DNA of 64,000 nt from a virus. The notes below the pieces were generated by a model, which was not told where the DNA came from, did no database searches, and worked only from the letters and a program-made list of their open reading frames with translations. The position numbers and the translations under genes are program-made. Positions 9,449 through 20,347 of the stretch are shown piece by piece. Position 1 is the stretch's first letter; the number at the start of each line of letters is the position of its first letter. The stretch lies in IMG/VR virus record IMGVR_UViG_3300020045_007008, positions 1-64,000 of that record; one strand, 5' to 3'.

Positions 9449-11878
9449 ATGCCAGAGATATTAGAAAAGATTGAAATTCCTACTACATTATCAAAAGAAA
9501 TATCTGATAAATATACTGTTAGTAATAATACATTTATATTACCTACTAAAGATATTAGTGCAACAAAGATTGAAACTGAAATTGGTGATATAAAACAAGA
9601 AGAATTCTATCCTCAGGTAAAAATAAAAAATTGGGACAATGAAACTAACTTTAGTGTTAGATATATTGATACTACATTGGGTGTTCCTACTATTGTTACT
9701 GAGAATGAGATAATAAAATATCAAAAAGAAACAATAGAAGCTCATTTCTATGATAAGCCAGAAATAGCTGAAAATGGTGGATTTGAATTTGAGGTTATAT
9801 TGAAAGAAAAACCAATATCTAATATTGTTGAATTCTCTATTGAAACAAAAGGATTAGATTTTTATTATCAATCAGAACTTACACAACAAGAAATAGATGA
9901 TGGTGCTATAAGACCTGAAAACATTATTGGCTCATATGCTGTTTATCACAATAGTAAAAGTAATAATGAATATAAAACGGGTAAAGCGTTTCATATCTAT
10001 AGACCGAAAATAGTAGATAGTATTGGTAATTGGGTTTGGGGAGAATTGAATATTGATGTTGAAAATAAAAAATTAACTATTACTATTCCCGAAACTTTTC
10101 TCAATTCTGGAACTTATCCTATTATCGTTGACCCTACTTTTGGATATACAACTGCGGGAGCAAGTGATTATCCGTATGCTTCACAATCTATTGTCGGTTC
10201 AGCATTTTCTGCACCAGGGGATGGCACAATAGATAGTTTAACATATTATTGTAGTAAATTATTTGGAGGAACAACTAATAGTAAAGGAGTTGTAGTTTTA
10301 AATAGTAATCTTAATATTGTTTCAAATGGTGTTGGTGATGCAGTTACTACTACATTTGGGTGGTTTACATCATCATTTTCAACAGCACCCAGTATTAGTA
10401 ATGGCACATCATATATATTGTCATATATATGTCCATCTGGTTCTCAATTACAATATAGTTACGATAGTGGTGATACAAATCAAGGAATGGTTGATGAAAC
10501 AAATAATTATACCACTCCAACTAATCCAACAGATGCAACTAGGAATGATAATAAATATTCAGTTTATGCTACATATACTGCGTCAGGTGGCGGAGATTTA
10601 TCTATATCAGTAAATGATACTCAATCAACTACAGAAAATATTACTAATAATATTTTAGATTCTGATATTAATATTAATGATTCAATATCAATAACTGAAG
10701 ATAACACAGAAGAAGTATTAGAAACTGATTTTGAAATTTCGATATATGATTCAATAACAATAGAAGATGAACTTGTTTATTATGAAGACCAGATTACTAT
10801 TGATGAAAACATAAATGTAGAAATTATTGCACCAGAGGTTGATTTAGATATTAGTGTAAATGATAATATTTCTATTTCAGAAAATATTGTAATCTCATTA
10901 GATAATTTAGATATATCAAAAGACGATTCTTTAACAATTACAGAAAATACCACTCAGACAATATCAGAATCAAACATATCGGTAATTGATACTATATCAA
11001 TAACTGAAAATATCAGTCAAAGTATATCAGAGTCAAATATCATAGTAAGTGATAATTTATCTATAACTGAAAATATATCTATATTAATATCAGATTCAAA
11101 TATTGATATATATGATAGTCAATCAATATCAGAAGATGTTAATATATCATTTTCATTAACTATTGAAACAAGTGATTCAATATCAATAGCTGAAAATAAT
11201 ATAATACAAATATCAGATTCAGATATAAATGTTAATGATAATATTTCAATCACTGAAGATATAATATTATTAGTTGAAACCGCTGGAGTATTCAATATAA
11301 TTGTTACTGATGATTTATCAATAACTGAAAATATACAATCAAATTCAACATTGGCTGATATAAATACTAATGATAATATATCGATTTCAGAAAATGCAGC
11401 AGAAAATATTTCAGACCTTGATATCAATATTAACGATGGAATATCAATATCAGAATATGTAGAATTATGTTTTACTGATTATTGTATAAATACTTATGAT
11501 TCAATAGTAACTTCAGAAGATGTAGCATTATCAATAATATCAGCTCAAATAAATATTGATGTAAATGATTCGATATCCATTACAGATATAGTAGATAATT
11601 GTTTAGAAAATAATATATCAACTAGTGAAGATATAAGTATATCAGAAAATATATCAAATTATACTTCGGTTGATATAACAATATCAGATTCAATTACAAT
11701 AACAGAAAGTAAAACATTAGCATTGGCATATTATTCAGTTGAAACTTCAGATAGTATCACAATATCAGATGAAATTACAATACAAGCACAAGATAAATTT
11801 ATATATAAATCAAAAACAACTCCATATACAAAGAAAGATGGAGTATATAAAAAATTAACAGCAGATGATGTTGATTAA
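9449..11878 (+). CDS. Large virion fibre protein with a long array of ~19-aa DxIxIxE repeats
   Basis: ATG at 9449 preferred; N-domain ends YPIIVDPTFG; acidic repeats run from about aa 390 to the C-terminus. Confidence 0.7.
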   Translation: MPEILEKIEIPTTLSKEISDKYTVSNNTFILPTKDISATKIETEIGDIKQEEFYPQVKIKNWDNETNFSVRYIDTTLGVPTIVTENEIIKYQKETIEAHFYDKPEIAENGGFEFEVILKEKPISNIVEFSIETKGLDFYYQSELTQQEIDDGAIRPENIIGSYAVYHNSKSNNEYKTGKAFHIYRPKIVDSIGNWVWGELNIDVENKKLTITIPETFLNSGTYPIIVDPTFGYTTAGASDYPYASQSIVGSAFSAPGDGTIDSLTYYCSKLFGGTTNSKGVVVLNSNLNIVSNGVGDAVTTTFGWFTSSFSTAPSISNGTSYILSYICPSGSQLQYSYDSGDTNQGMVDETNNYTTPTNPTDATRNDNKYSVYATYTASGGGDLSISVNDTQSTTENITNNILDSDININDSISITEDNTEEVLETDFEISIYDSITIEDELVYYEDQITIDENINVEIIAPEVDLDISVNDNISISENIVISLDNLDISKDDSLTITENTTQTISESNISVIDTISITENISQSISESNIIVSDNLSITENISILISDSNIDIYDSQSISEDVNISFSLTIETSDSISIAENNIIQISDSDINVNDNISITEDIILLVETAGVFNIIVTDDLSITENIQSNSTLADINTNDNISISENAAENISDLDININDGISISEYVELCFTDYCINTYDSIVTSEDVALSIISAQINIDVNDSISITDIVDNCLENNISTSEDISISENISNYTSVDITISDSITITESKTLALAYYSVETSDSITISDEITIQAQDKFIYKSKTTPYTKKDGVYKKLTADDVD

Positions 11879-11887
11879 AATAAAATT

Positions 11888-12490
11888 ATGTACACAACAA
11901 AATCAAAAATAGAGAATTACCTTATGACTGATATCGGTAGTGTTTTTGATACTCAAGTTGAATATTGGATTAATGCCGCTGAAATTTACATAAATAATTA
12001 CACAGGTCGAAGAAATGGATTTGAAGAAGCAGTAGCAAGTGCAAAATATTATGATGGAAATGGAAAAAGAGAAATAGATATAGATGAATGTACTGAAATT
12101 ACCTCAGTAGAAATTTTAGAATTAGATAGTTCTGATGTTGAATTTACACTTACAGCTGGTGCAGGAAATGATTATATTGCTTATCCTTATAATGATACAC
12201 CAATATATAGAATAAAATTATTACATACTGCAACAGTCGGTGCATTTTTCTCAGGTAAAAAAAGAATAAAAATAACTGCTAAATGGGGATATAAATCTAC
12301 AGTACCAAAAGATATAGAATTAGCCGCAACAATTTTAGCCGCTAGTGCAATAGAGCCAGGATTAAAAGGCGGTAAAATTAAAAATGAAAGTTTAGGAGAT
12401 TATTCAGTAGCATTTGAAATGTTAGAAGATAGCCCAAATATATTATCAGTCGACCGTATACTTGATAATTATAAAATATTTCAATTATAA
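11888..12490 (+). CDS. Head-tail connector (gp6/gp15-like adaptor)
   Basis: MYTTK..IENYL, INNYTGR, VPKDIELAA, ESLGDYSV. Confidence 0.8.
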   Translation: MYTTKSKIENYLMTDIGSVFDTQVEYWINAAEIYINNYTGRRNGFEEAVASAKYYDGNGKREIDIDECTEITSVEILELDSSDVEFTLTAGAGNDYIAYPYNDTPIYRIKLLHTATVGAFFSGKKRIKITAKWGYKSTVPKDIELAATILAASAIEPGLKGGKIKNESLGDYSVAFEMLEDSPNILSVDRILDNYKIFQL

Positions 12491-12529
12491 AATTAATTAA
12501 TTAAATATAATCATATCAAACTCACGCAT

Positions 12530-12835
12530 TTGCTCAACAAGAAAATAATAATAGCAAGAATGGTTACTACTTCTGGAAGCAGAATTGCATATTCTACTGT
12601 AACAGCAGAAATGGGACATCTTCAACCTACTGATTTAGAAAAAGGACAAATATCAGAAGGGGTTTTTGGTAAGACATTTCGATTATATATGGAAGGGGAA
12701 GCAGATGTAAAAGAAGGAGACCGATTGAAAGACCCAGAAGGTGTTTTATATACTGTAGTTTCTGGGGGAGTTAGCAGAAGAAATTTTGGAAGTTTTGATT
12801 ACAAAATTATTGTATTAGAAGTAACCAAATCATAA
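12530..12835 (+). CDS. Head closure / head-tail joining protein
   Basis: Size, position and DVKEGDRL...YTV motif; start uncertain (TTG 12530 or in-frame ATC 12515). Confidence 0.7.
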   Translation: MLNKKIIIARMVTTSGSRIAYSTVTAEMGHLQPTDLEKGQISEGVFGKTFRLYMEGEADVKEGDRLKDPEGVLYTVVSGGVSRRNFGSFDYKIIVLEVTKS

Positions 12836-12836
12836 T

Positions 12837-13301
12837 ATGAGTTATACAATCGAAATACAAGGATTAGATACACTCAAAAAAAGTTTTGCTCAATCACCAT
12901 CAATAGTAACTAAACATCTTGTAAGTGCAATAAAAGAATCAATTCATATCATAAGACCAATAATGGTTAAAGAGGCACCACACGCAAAAGGAGAATTGAG
13001 AAAAAATATCTATGCAAGACAAACAGGATTAACTGGCATAGTTGGGCCGGATTTACAATCAACTAAATATGCACTCTATGTACATTTTGGAACTGGTATA
13101 TATGCAGGAAAAGGAAGAATCTATCCAAGAAAATCAAGTATATTAGTATTCAATATTGGTGGTAAAAAAGTTTTTGCTAGGTCAATAAAAGGGCAGAAGC
13201 CAAATCCATTCGTTGAAAGAACTGCTACTCAAATGACTCCTTATGTACAAAAAATATTTGATAATAAAATTAATAATATAGTTAATGAACTAGCCCGATA
13301 A
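12837..13301 (+). CDS. HK97 gp10-like tail completion protein
   Basis: IEIQGLD, AP..KGELRKNI, YALYVHFGT, GQKPNPF. Confidence 0.85.
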   Translation: MSYTIEIQGLDTLKKSFAQSPSIVTKHLVSAIKESIHIIRPIMVKEAPHAKGELRKNIYARQTGLTGIVGPDLQSTKYALYVHFGTGIYAGKGRIYPRKSSILVFNIGGKKVFARSIKGQKPNPFVERTATQMTPYVQKIFDNKINNIVNELAR

Positions 13302-13302
13302 T

Positions 13303-13740
13303 ATGTTTGAGAATCTGATAAAATTTCTAAAAGATAAATTAAAAAATAATACAAAAATTGAAGAAGTATTTACATATGAAGCTGGCCAATTTAAAGGTGA
13401 CCCAGTTGCTATTATTGTTCCATCATCTAATGAGGGGGATTATGAAACAAATAGTGAAAATGTAAGAATATATGCTTTTAAAATAATGTTATTTGTAAGA
13501 AGAACACAGCCAAGGACAGAAGATGATGCTGAAGTAGTAATGAGAGAGTTAGTGAGCAGTGTTATAGATGATTTTGATAGAGATTATATCTTATCAGGAT
13601 TAGAGGTTCCAAGTGGATATACATTTATAAATGTCTTTGCGACACCATCAGCTTGGGGATATTCTGGTGGCGAAGACCAATATCGAGTATGTGAAATTAA
13701 TTTAAAGTGTCGTGTTTCTATTGACCTTAATAATATATGA
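13303..13740 (+). CDS. Tail terminator protein (putative)
   Basis: Position between gp10-like gene and tail tube; typical size. Confidence 0.65.
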   Translation: MFENLIKFLKDKLKNNTKIEEVFTYEAGQFKGDPVAIIVPSSNEGDYETNSENVRIYAFKIMLFVRRTQPRTEDDAEVVMRELVSSVIDDFDRDYILSGLEVPSGYTFINVFATPSAWGYSGGEDQYRVCEINLKCRVSIDLNNI

Positions 13741-13777
13741 TGGTCGTTTAATATAATAAAAATAAAATAAAAAATCT

Positions 13778-14752
13778 ATGTGCGCAAAATTCGTGGGACG
13801 ACGCTTAGCTGTAGGCGTGGGAAAAGAAACAACAAGAGGAACTGGTGTGGCACCAACATTTTGGTTAGGTGTAACTAGTTTCAGTTTCTTTGATAAAGCA
13901 ATTAAAGCAAGAAGTATTGCTAGTATGGGTGGTATTTGGGGAGGCGACCAATCATTAGTAGCAAGAAAATATGCAGAAGGAGAAATAGAAGTAGAGATGG
14001 ATGATAAATCATTCGGTCTAATTCTTTTAGGTACATTAGGAACAGTAAGTTCAGCTATTCATGAAACAACAGCTTATAAACATACTTTTTCATTACAAAA
14101 TGATTCAGAACATGATAGTCTATCTATTCATACATCAGACCCAATTGGTGATAACATTTTTGAAATGTCAATGGTAGATAGTTTATCAATAGAATTTACT
14201 CCTGAAGAATTGGTAAAATATACAGTAGCATTCAAATCAAAAAATAGTGCGACAAGTTCATCTACTGAGAGTTATGTAGCAAATAATAAATTCCTTGGCA
14301 GACAATTAGCAGTCAAGGTTGCGACTGATACATCTGGATTAGACGCGGCTTCAAAATTAACATTATCAAGAGCATCAATTAATATCAGCAAAAATACTGA
14401 ATTATATAATGTAGTTGGTACTGTTCAACCATCTGATATTAATAACAAAATGTTTGAAATCACAGGAGAATTGGAAATATCATTTGATGATATGACTTAT
14501 CGAGACTATATGATGAATGGTGATTATAAAGCATTAAGATTTGATTTAGTAAATAATGCAGTAACAATTGGTGCGACTTCAAATCCTTCATTTAGATTAG
14601 ATTTATCTAGAGTAGATTTCGATGGTTGGGATGTAGATTATTCACTTGATGATATAGTTAAACAAACAATTACATTTACAGCTTTATATTCAATTGCTAA
14701 TGCTAATGTAATCAATAACTGCTATTTGATAAATACTACAACATCATATTAA
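13778..14752 (+). CDS. Major tail tube protein
   Basis: GVGKETTRGT start, beta-rich, EITGELEISF; precedes chaperone and tape measure. Confidence 0.85.
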   Translation: MCAKFVGRRLAVGVGKETTRGTGVAPTFWLGVTSFSFFDKAIKARSIASMGGIWGGDQSLVARKYAEGEIEVEMDDKSFGLILLGTLGTVSSAIHETTAYKHTFSLQNDSEHDSLSIHTSDPIGDNIFEMSMVDSLSIEFTPEELVKYTVAFKSKNSATSSSTESYVANNKFLGRQLAVKVATDTSGLDAASKLTLSRASINISKNTELYNVVGTVQPSDINNKMFEITGELEISFDDMTYRDYMMNGDYKALRFDLVNNAVTIGATSNPSFRLDLSRVDFDGWDVDYSLDDIVKQTITFTALYSIANANVINNCYLINTTTSY

Positions 14753-14808
14753 TTTAAGCATATAATAATGTATCAAATACTTTATTTTATAAAAATAATG
14801 TTAAAAAA

Positions 14809-15135
14809 ATGTCAAAAGAAATTAAAATTAGTAATGGAACAGTAACTATCAAAGATTTCTGTTCAAGAAAATTAAAAAAACAAATCAACAAAGTATTATA
14901 TGAAAAAGTAGAAATGAAAGGAGCAGGTAAAGACACTAGTATTGAGGGATTTAATATGGGAGCAATGGATACTGCTAATGATGTTGCACTTGTTGGTATG
15001 GTAGAAAAAATAGAAATAAATGGTGAGAATAAAGAAATAAAAATTGAAACATTTGATGATATGGATAGTAATGATGTTGATTTAGTAATTGATGAAATTA
15101 ATAAAATTACTACAAAAACAATCCCAAACGACTAG
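14809..15135 (+). CDS. Tail assembly chaperone (G)
   Basis: Between tail tube and tape measure; slippery C-CCA-AAC just before the stop. Confidence 0.8.
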   Translation: MSKEIKISNGTVTIKDFCSRKLKKQINKVLYEKVEMKGAGKDTSIEGFNMGAMDTANDVALVGMVEKIEINGENKEIKIETFDDMDSNDVDLVIDEINKITTKTIPND

Positions 15136-15353
15136 AGGACGATTTACTAAAAATAGTCAGTAAAGCGTCAAATATTGATAGAGTGCCAGATGAATATATT
15201 GATTATATTCTTTGTGAAAAATTTAATTATCTTCCGTCACAATTAGATGAAGAAGATGATTATATCTTAGATGTCTTCATTAGAATAATAGCTATGGAGA
15301 ATAAAGAAATAGAAAAAGAAAGTAGAAAATTAAGAAGAAAAAATGGCCGATAA
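15123..15353 (+). CDS. -1 frameshift extension of tail chaperone (GT product, 14809..15353)
   Basis: CCCAAAC at 15123-15129; -1 frame is open (RLEDDLLK...YILCEKFNYLPSQLDEE...NGR) to TAA at 15353. Confidence 0.8.
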   Translation, partial: PKRLEDDLLKIVSKASNIDRVPDEYIDYILCEKFNYLPSQLDEEDDYILDVFIRIIAMENKEIEKESRKLRRKNGR

Positions 15354-17427
15354 AAATTTAAACATTGTAGTTAATGCAAAAAATAATACCAATAATTCTT
15401 TTAAAGAAATAGAAAAAAATCTAGGCACTATAAAAAGTGGGTTCAGCGGATTTAATTTGTCTTTATTAGGTTTAGCTGGTAGTTTTAGTTATCTAGGAAT
15501 GCAGATGATTAAATCAGCTGGTGAATTTGAATTGACTAAAGCGTCATTTACATCATTATTAGGAAGTGTTGAGAAAGCAAATACACTATTGCGTGATATT
15601 TCTACGATGGGAATTAAGACTCCATATAATGAAGCTGATTTGCAGAAAGGAGCACAATTATTATTGGCATTTAATATTTCTGCTTCTCAAGTTATACCGA
15701 CATTAAAAATGATTGGAGATGTTGCAATGGGCAATAAGGATAGAATGGCATCAATGACATTAGCATTTGGTCAAATGTCAGCAACTGGTAGATTAATGGG
15801 ACAAGATTTGAATCAAATGATTAATGCTGGCTTTAATCCTCTTCAAACTATTTCAGAAAAAACTGGAAAAAGTATTGGTGAATTAAAAAAGGAAATGGAA
15901 GAAGGAGCAATTAGTTCACAAATGGTAACGCAAGCATTTAAAGATGCAACAAGTGCAGGTGGCAGATTTTATGAAATGTCAGAAAAACAATCACAGACAT
16001 TTTTTGGTAGAATGAGCACGGTTCAAGATATTTGGGATAAATTTTTAAGAACACAAGGGCAAGGATTATTAGTATTTGCAAGTATGGCTCTAGAAAAATT
16101 AGCTGGTATTTTAGACTGGCTTATTAGAGATGCTGAAGGATTTAATTGGGTAGGTAAAACTATATATGGTTTGATTCTATTCATGAAAGCATTGGGTACT
16201 ACTGTTTCCAGTATTGCAAAAATAATGGGTACATTTATTGCTATGCAAATAGATGGATTCATTAATATTGGAAAAACTGTTTTTGCATTTGGTAAAGATT
16301 TTATCAATGTATTTAAGAATATAAGAGAAGTTGGAATATCTGTTTTTTCAGCATTTGCTAAAGCACTAACTGGTGATTTTTCTGGAGCAACTGAAACAAT
16401 AAAAAAATCATTTTCTGATACATTTACAAATTCAATATCTAATGCTGAAGAATTTAAAACAAAGACTAATTTTTATTTGGGTGAAATTGGTTCAGAAATG
16501 ATGAATATCGGTGAATCGTGGAGTAATTTTGCATCACTAGAAGGAATGTCAACAACAGTACAAAAATTTGGAGAATTAGGTACATCAATAAAAGACCAGG
16601 TTGGTTCTTCTCTTGGGAATGCAGGAAAGGAAGCAGAAAAATTACAAAGTGCTTTTGATAAATTAAAAGAAAAAATAGTAAGCACATCAACTGATAGTGC
16701 TAATGCAATAGAAAAAATAAAAGAAAAAATTGGAACTTTAAAAAGTGAATTAGAGCAAGCATTAGTTGGTAATGTAAAAGAAAACTTAAATCTAAATAAA
16801 GGACTTGCAGATGAATATGTAAAACAAGAAGAACTTGTTGCTGGCTTAGTAGAAGATGTCAGTAAAGAATCTGATTGGAGAAAGAAAATTGAATTACAAA
16901 AAAGATTAGAATTTGAACAGAATGAATTATTAAAATATTCTACTATTGCAATGGCTTATGAGAATGAAGTAGCAGAAGCAAGACGAGTAAATAGCTTATC
17001 TGATATTGCCAGAGCTGTTGAAGATTTGAATAAGAAAAGAACTATTGTTAATCAAGAATATCAAATAAAGATTAATAAAATAAATAAAGAATTATTACTT
17101 GAAGAACAGAAACAGCAGAAATTAATCGAACTACAAAAATTTGCTATTGATAATGCTAAAAAATTCTTAGCACAACAAGAAATACAAACGGTTGAAAGTG
17201 TCAATAGGCAAATTAAAACATATAATGATTTAGCAAAGGCAATATCATTAGCTCAGCAAGGAAAATTATCATCATTCAGTACTATTGCAAGTGGTACAGA
17301 ACAAAGAGCAAACCAAGGAATACAATCAGTTAATATAACAATACAAGGTGATGTATCAGGACAAGATTTAATAGATAAAGTAAAAAATGGAATAATGGGA
17401 GATTTAGCATTGAATAATAATTTGTAA
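15343..17427 (+). CDS. Tape measure protein
   Basis: Tape-measure domain (TPY...IGDVAMG...AFGQMSATGRLMGQDLNQMINAGFNPL) followed by a long helical region. Confidence 0.92.
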   Translation: MADKNLNIVVNAKNNTNNSFKEIEKNLGTIKSGFSGFNLSLLGLAGSFSYLGMQMIKSAGEFELTKASFTSLLGSVEKANTLLRDISTMGIKTPYNEADLQKGAQLLLAFNISASQVIPTLKMIGDVAMGNKDRMASMTLAFGQMSATGRLMGQDLNQMINAGFNPLQTISEKTGKSIGELKKEMEEGAISSQMVTQAFKDATSAGGRFYEMSEKQSQTFFGRMSTVQDIWDKFLRTQGQGLLVFASMALEKLAGILDWLIRDAEGFNWVGKTIYGLILFMKALGTTVSSIAKIMGTFIAMQIDGFINIGKTVFAFGKDFINVFKNIREVGISVFSAFAKALTGDFSGATETIKKSFSDTFTNSISNAEEFKTKTNFYLGEIGSEMMNIGESWSNFASLEGMSTTVQKFGELGTSIKDQVGSSLGNAGKEAEKLQSAFDKLKEKIVSTSTDSANAIEKIKEKIGTLKSELEQALVGNVKENLNLNKGLADEYVKQEELVAGLVEDVSKESDWRKKIELQKRLEFEQNELLKYSTIAMAYENEVAEARRVNSLSDIARAVEDLNKKRTIVNQEYQIKINKINKELLLEEQKQQKLIELQKFAIDNAKKFLAQQEIQTVESVNRQIKTYNDLAKAISLAQQGKLSSFSTIASGTEQRANQGIQSVNITIQGDVSGQDLIDKVKNGIMGDLALNNNL

Positions 17428-17429
17428 AT

Positions 17430-20333
17430 ATGGATTTGTCAATAAATATATTTGATTCGGTCAGTATATCTGAGAGTATAAGTCCGATTGTTTCAAGTTT
17501 AGAAACCGGTGGTGTAGTAACAATGATTACACCAATAGAGTTAACTACTGGTGTATTATCATCATGGGTAGAACATGATGTTTCATCCCATATTCCAAGT
17601 GGCTCAACTGGAGTTATTATACACATTGTTAATGAATCAAGTAATAATTCATATAATATTGGATTCAGGAAGAATGGAAGTACAGATAATAGGATAAATT
17701 CACTATATGCCAGTTCGCATTTCTGGACTAGTATAGGTATTGATTCGAATAGAATTTTTGAATTCTATAGAAGTGATTCTACTGTCCATTTTTATCTATG
17801 TGGATATTTTAATAATAATGCAGTATTTTTTGATAATGCAATAGACAAAACTCCAGGAACATCAACAAGTTGGGAAGATGTAGATATATCAACTAATACC
17901 GGAGGTGATACTGCAATAGGTGCTATTTTTGAAGTAATTGGCGGAGCTGGAGTATCTTATGGTGCTAGAAAAAATGGAAGTACTGATACTGTCTTAGGAG
18001 ATTGCGATGCACATAGTTCTATTACAATCGGTGTTGATGGTAGTGAAATATGCGAATTATATAAAGGTAGTTCGACAATAACATTTTATCTGGTTGGGTA
18101 TATAAAAGCCGGTGCAGTATTTCATACTAATGCTGTAAATAGGTCTATATCTACTACTAGTTCATATATTGATATAACTCTGGAGAGTGATGCTCATGCA
18201 GGACTATTTGATATTATTTCTGGAAGTTATTCACAAACATTTGCCATTAGAAAAAAAGGAGATTATGAAGATATTTATAAAAGAGCTAGTGGTGAACAAC
18301 ATTCATTTGCGATAATTCAGACAAATTCTGATAGAAAAATAGAAGCAAAAATATCCAATGTTGCAGTTGATTTTTATGAGGTTGGATATTTTTTATCGAA
18401 TCCAAATATAGATATCAGTGATTCTTTAACAATTACAGAAAATATAGCTATTGAAATTATATCTGATTTATTCATATCAATTAATGATTCATTAACTATT
18501 ACTGAAAACGTATCGCTTCTAATAGAAGAAGCAAATGCAATAAGCATCAATGTTAGCGACACTATCACAGCTAATGAATATATTACTATAGGTTTAGCAG
18601 ATATAAAAATACAAGTTGATACGGGTGGCACCGTGACTCCATTATTTGATGCTATATCAATTACAGAGAATATATCATTTAATATAACAGCAGATATTGG
18701 TATATCTGTATATGATACTATTAGTATAACAGAATCAGAAGGACAAGAATATGTATTAGAAATAGATATAAACGACGCAATAGCGATAATTGATAATGGT
18801 AGATTGCTTCCATCTGAATTGAAAGTATGGATTAATGAAATAGATAAAACCAGATATATATCACAATCAGGATTTCAAATAGATAATATATTAACATCAC
18901 AAGTAGATAAATGTAAATTTCAAATACAAAAAGTAGCTAATAGTACTATATTAGATTACCAACCAACAATAGGACAAGATGTCCAAATTACATATCAATT
19001 TGAAAAAATATTTGGCGGTATTATTACTAGAATAAATAAATTTTTAGATACAACTGGCATATTGATTTATGATTGTGAATGTGAAGATTATACAAAAATT
19101 CTTGATAGAAAATTAGTTGCTAAATCATATGAAAATCAAACAGTAAATCAAATAATAGCAGATATTAATGCTACATATTTAACTGATTTCACTATATATA
19201 ATGTTGATTGTAGTGTTGTCATAGATTATATTGCATTTAATTATATTACAGTATCTAAAGCATTAGCAAAATTAGCAGATTTAGTTCACTTCGATTGGTA
19301 TGTAGATTATAATAGGGATATTCATTTCTTTTCAAAAACCTCTATTAATGCACCATTTGATATTTTAGATACTGATGGTAGTTATAATATAAATACTTTA
19401 AAAATAAAACAAGATAATTCGCAAATACGAAATTCAATATATGTCAGAGGCGGTGAATATTTAGCAGATACATTTACAACAGAAATACAAACAGATGGTG
19501 TAAGAAATATTTATGATATTCCATATAAATACCAAGCATTAAGTTGCACATTAACTGGCCAGCCACAATCAGTAGGATTGGATTATATTGATAATGCGAA
19601 TGACTATGATTTGTTATGGAATTTTCAAGAAAAATTATTAAAATGGAAAGAAGCAGATAAACCTGCTTTAGGTGCTACATTAAGAATTGGTGGCCGCCCA
19701 TATTTACCGGTGAGATTAAAAACAAAAAATATTATTAGTATAAATACAATGTCAGTATTAGAAGGAGGAGATGGTGAATATGAATTTATAATTATTGATG
19801 ATAGCATCAAATCAAAAGAAGGAGCATTAGAAAGAGCAAATGCAGAACTAAATAATTATAAAAATACACTCATAGAAGGGAATTTCCAAACATATAAAGA
19901 TGGATTAAGAGCAGGGCAGAAGATAAGAATAAATAGCCCACTATATGATATTAATGAAGACTATTTGATTAATCAAGTTAGTATTGGAATGTGGACACCA
20001 ACTAAACTTATATATAATGTAAAAATTGTTTCTACAAAGACTTACGGGTTGATTGAATTCTTACAAGATTTATTATTACGAGATAATAATAAAATATTAG
20101 ATATTGGTGAAAATATAGTTATAATAGATTTGATTGCAGATACAAGCTATGAAACAATGTCTATTGCTGATACTATGACAGTTGCATTTAATCATCCTCA
20201 ATATGAAACAATATCTATGTCAGATACTTTTACAGCTCAGAGTTTAGATTATGATGTTCAATTTGTACTTGGTCCACAAATTCCATCTGGAACAAAAAGA
20301 GTATTTGTAGTATCTGGTAGTCGTATTGATTAA
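17430..20333 (+). CDS. Tail tip / hub-like protein fused to a triplicated beta domain and DxIxIxE repeats
   Basis: Follows the tape measure; C-half resembles hub proteins (IFGGII, CEDYTKILD, WYVDYNRDIHFF, LRAGQKI). Confidence 0.7.
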   Translation: MDLSINIFDSVSISESISPIVSSLETGGVVTMITPIELTTGVLSSWVEHDVSSHIPSGSTGVIIHIVNESSNNSYNIGFRKNGSTDNRINSLYASSHFWTSIGIDSNRIFEFYRSDSTVHFYLCGYFNNNAVFFDNAIDKTPGTSTSWEDVDISTNTGGDTAIGAIFEVIGGAGVSYGARKNGSTDTVLGDCDAHSSITIGVDGSEICELYKGSSTITFYLVGYIKAGAVFHTNAVNRSISTTSSYIDITLESDAHAGLFDIISGSYSQTFAIRKKGDYEDIYKRASGEQHSFAIIQTNSDRKIEAKISNVAVDFYEVGYFLSNPNIDISDSLTITENIAIEIISDLFISINDSLTITENVSLLIEEANAISINVSDTITANEYITIGLADIKIQVDTGGTVTPLFDAISITENISFNITADIGISVYDTISITESEGQEYVLEIDINDAIAIIDNGRLLPSELKVWINEIDKTRYISQSGFQIDNILTSQVDKCKFQIQKVANSTILDYQPTIGQDVQITYQFEKIFGGIITRINKFLDTTGILIYDCECEDYTKILDRKLVAKSYENQTVNQIIADINATYLTDFTIYNVDCSVVIDYIAFNYITVSKALAKLADLVHFDWYVDYNRDIHFFSKTSINAPFDILDTDGSYNINTLKIKQDNSQIRNSIYVRGGEYLADTFTTEIQTDGVRNIYDIPYKYQALSCTLTGQPQSVGLDYIDNANDYDLLWNFQEKLLKWKEADKPALGATLRIGGRPYLPVRLKTKNIISINTMSVLEGGDGEYEFIIIDDSIKSKEGALERANAELNNYKNTLIEGNFQTYKDGLRAGQKIRINSPLYDINEDYLINQVSIGMWTPTKLIYNVKIVSTKTYGLIEFLQDLLLRDNNKILDIGENIVIIDLIADTSYETMSIADTMTVAFNHPQYETISMSDTFTAQSLDYDVQFVLGPQIPSGTKRVFVVSGSRID

Positions 20334-20347
20334 TTATTTTTAAATAT

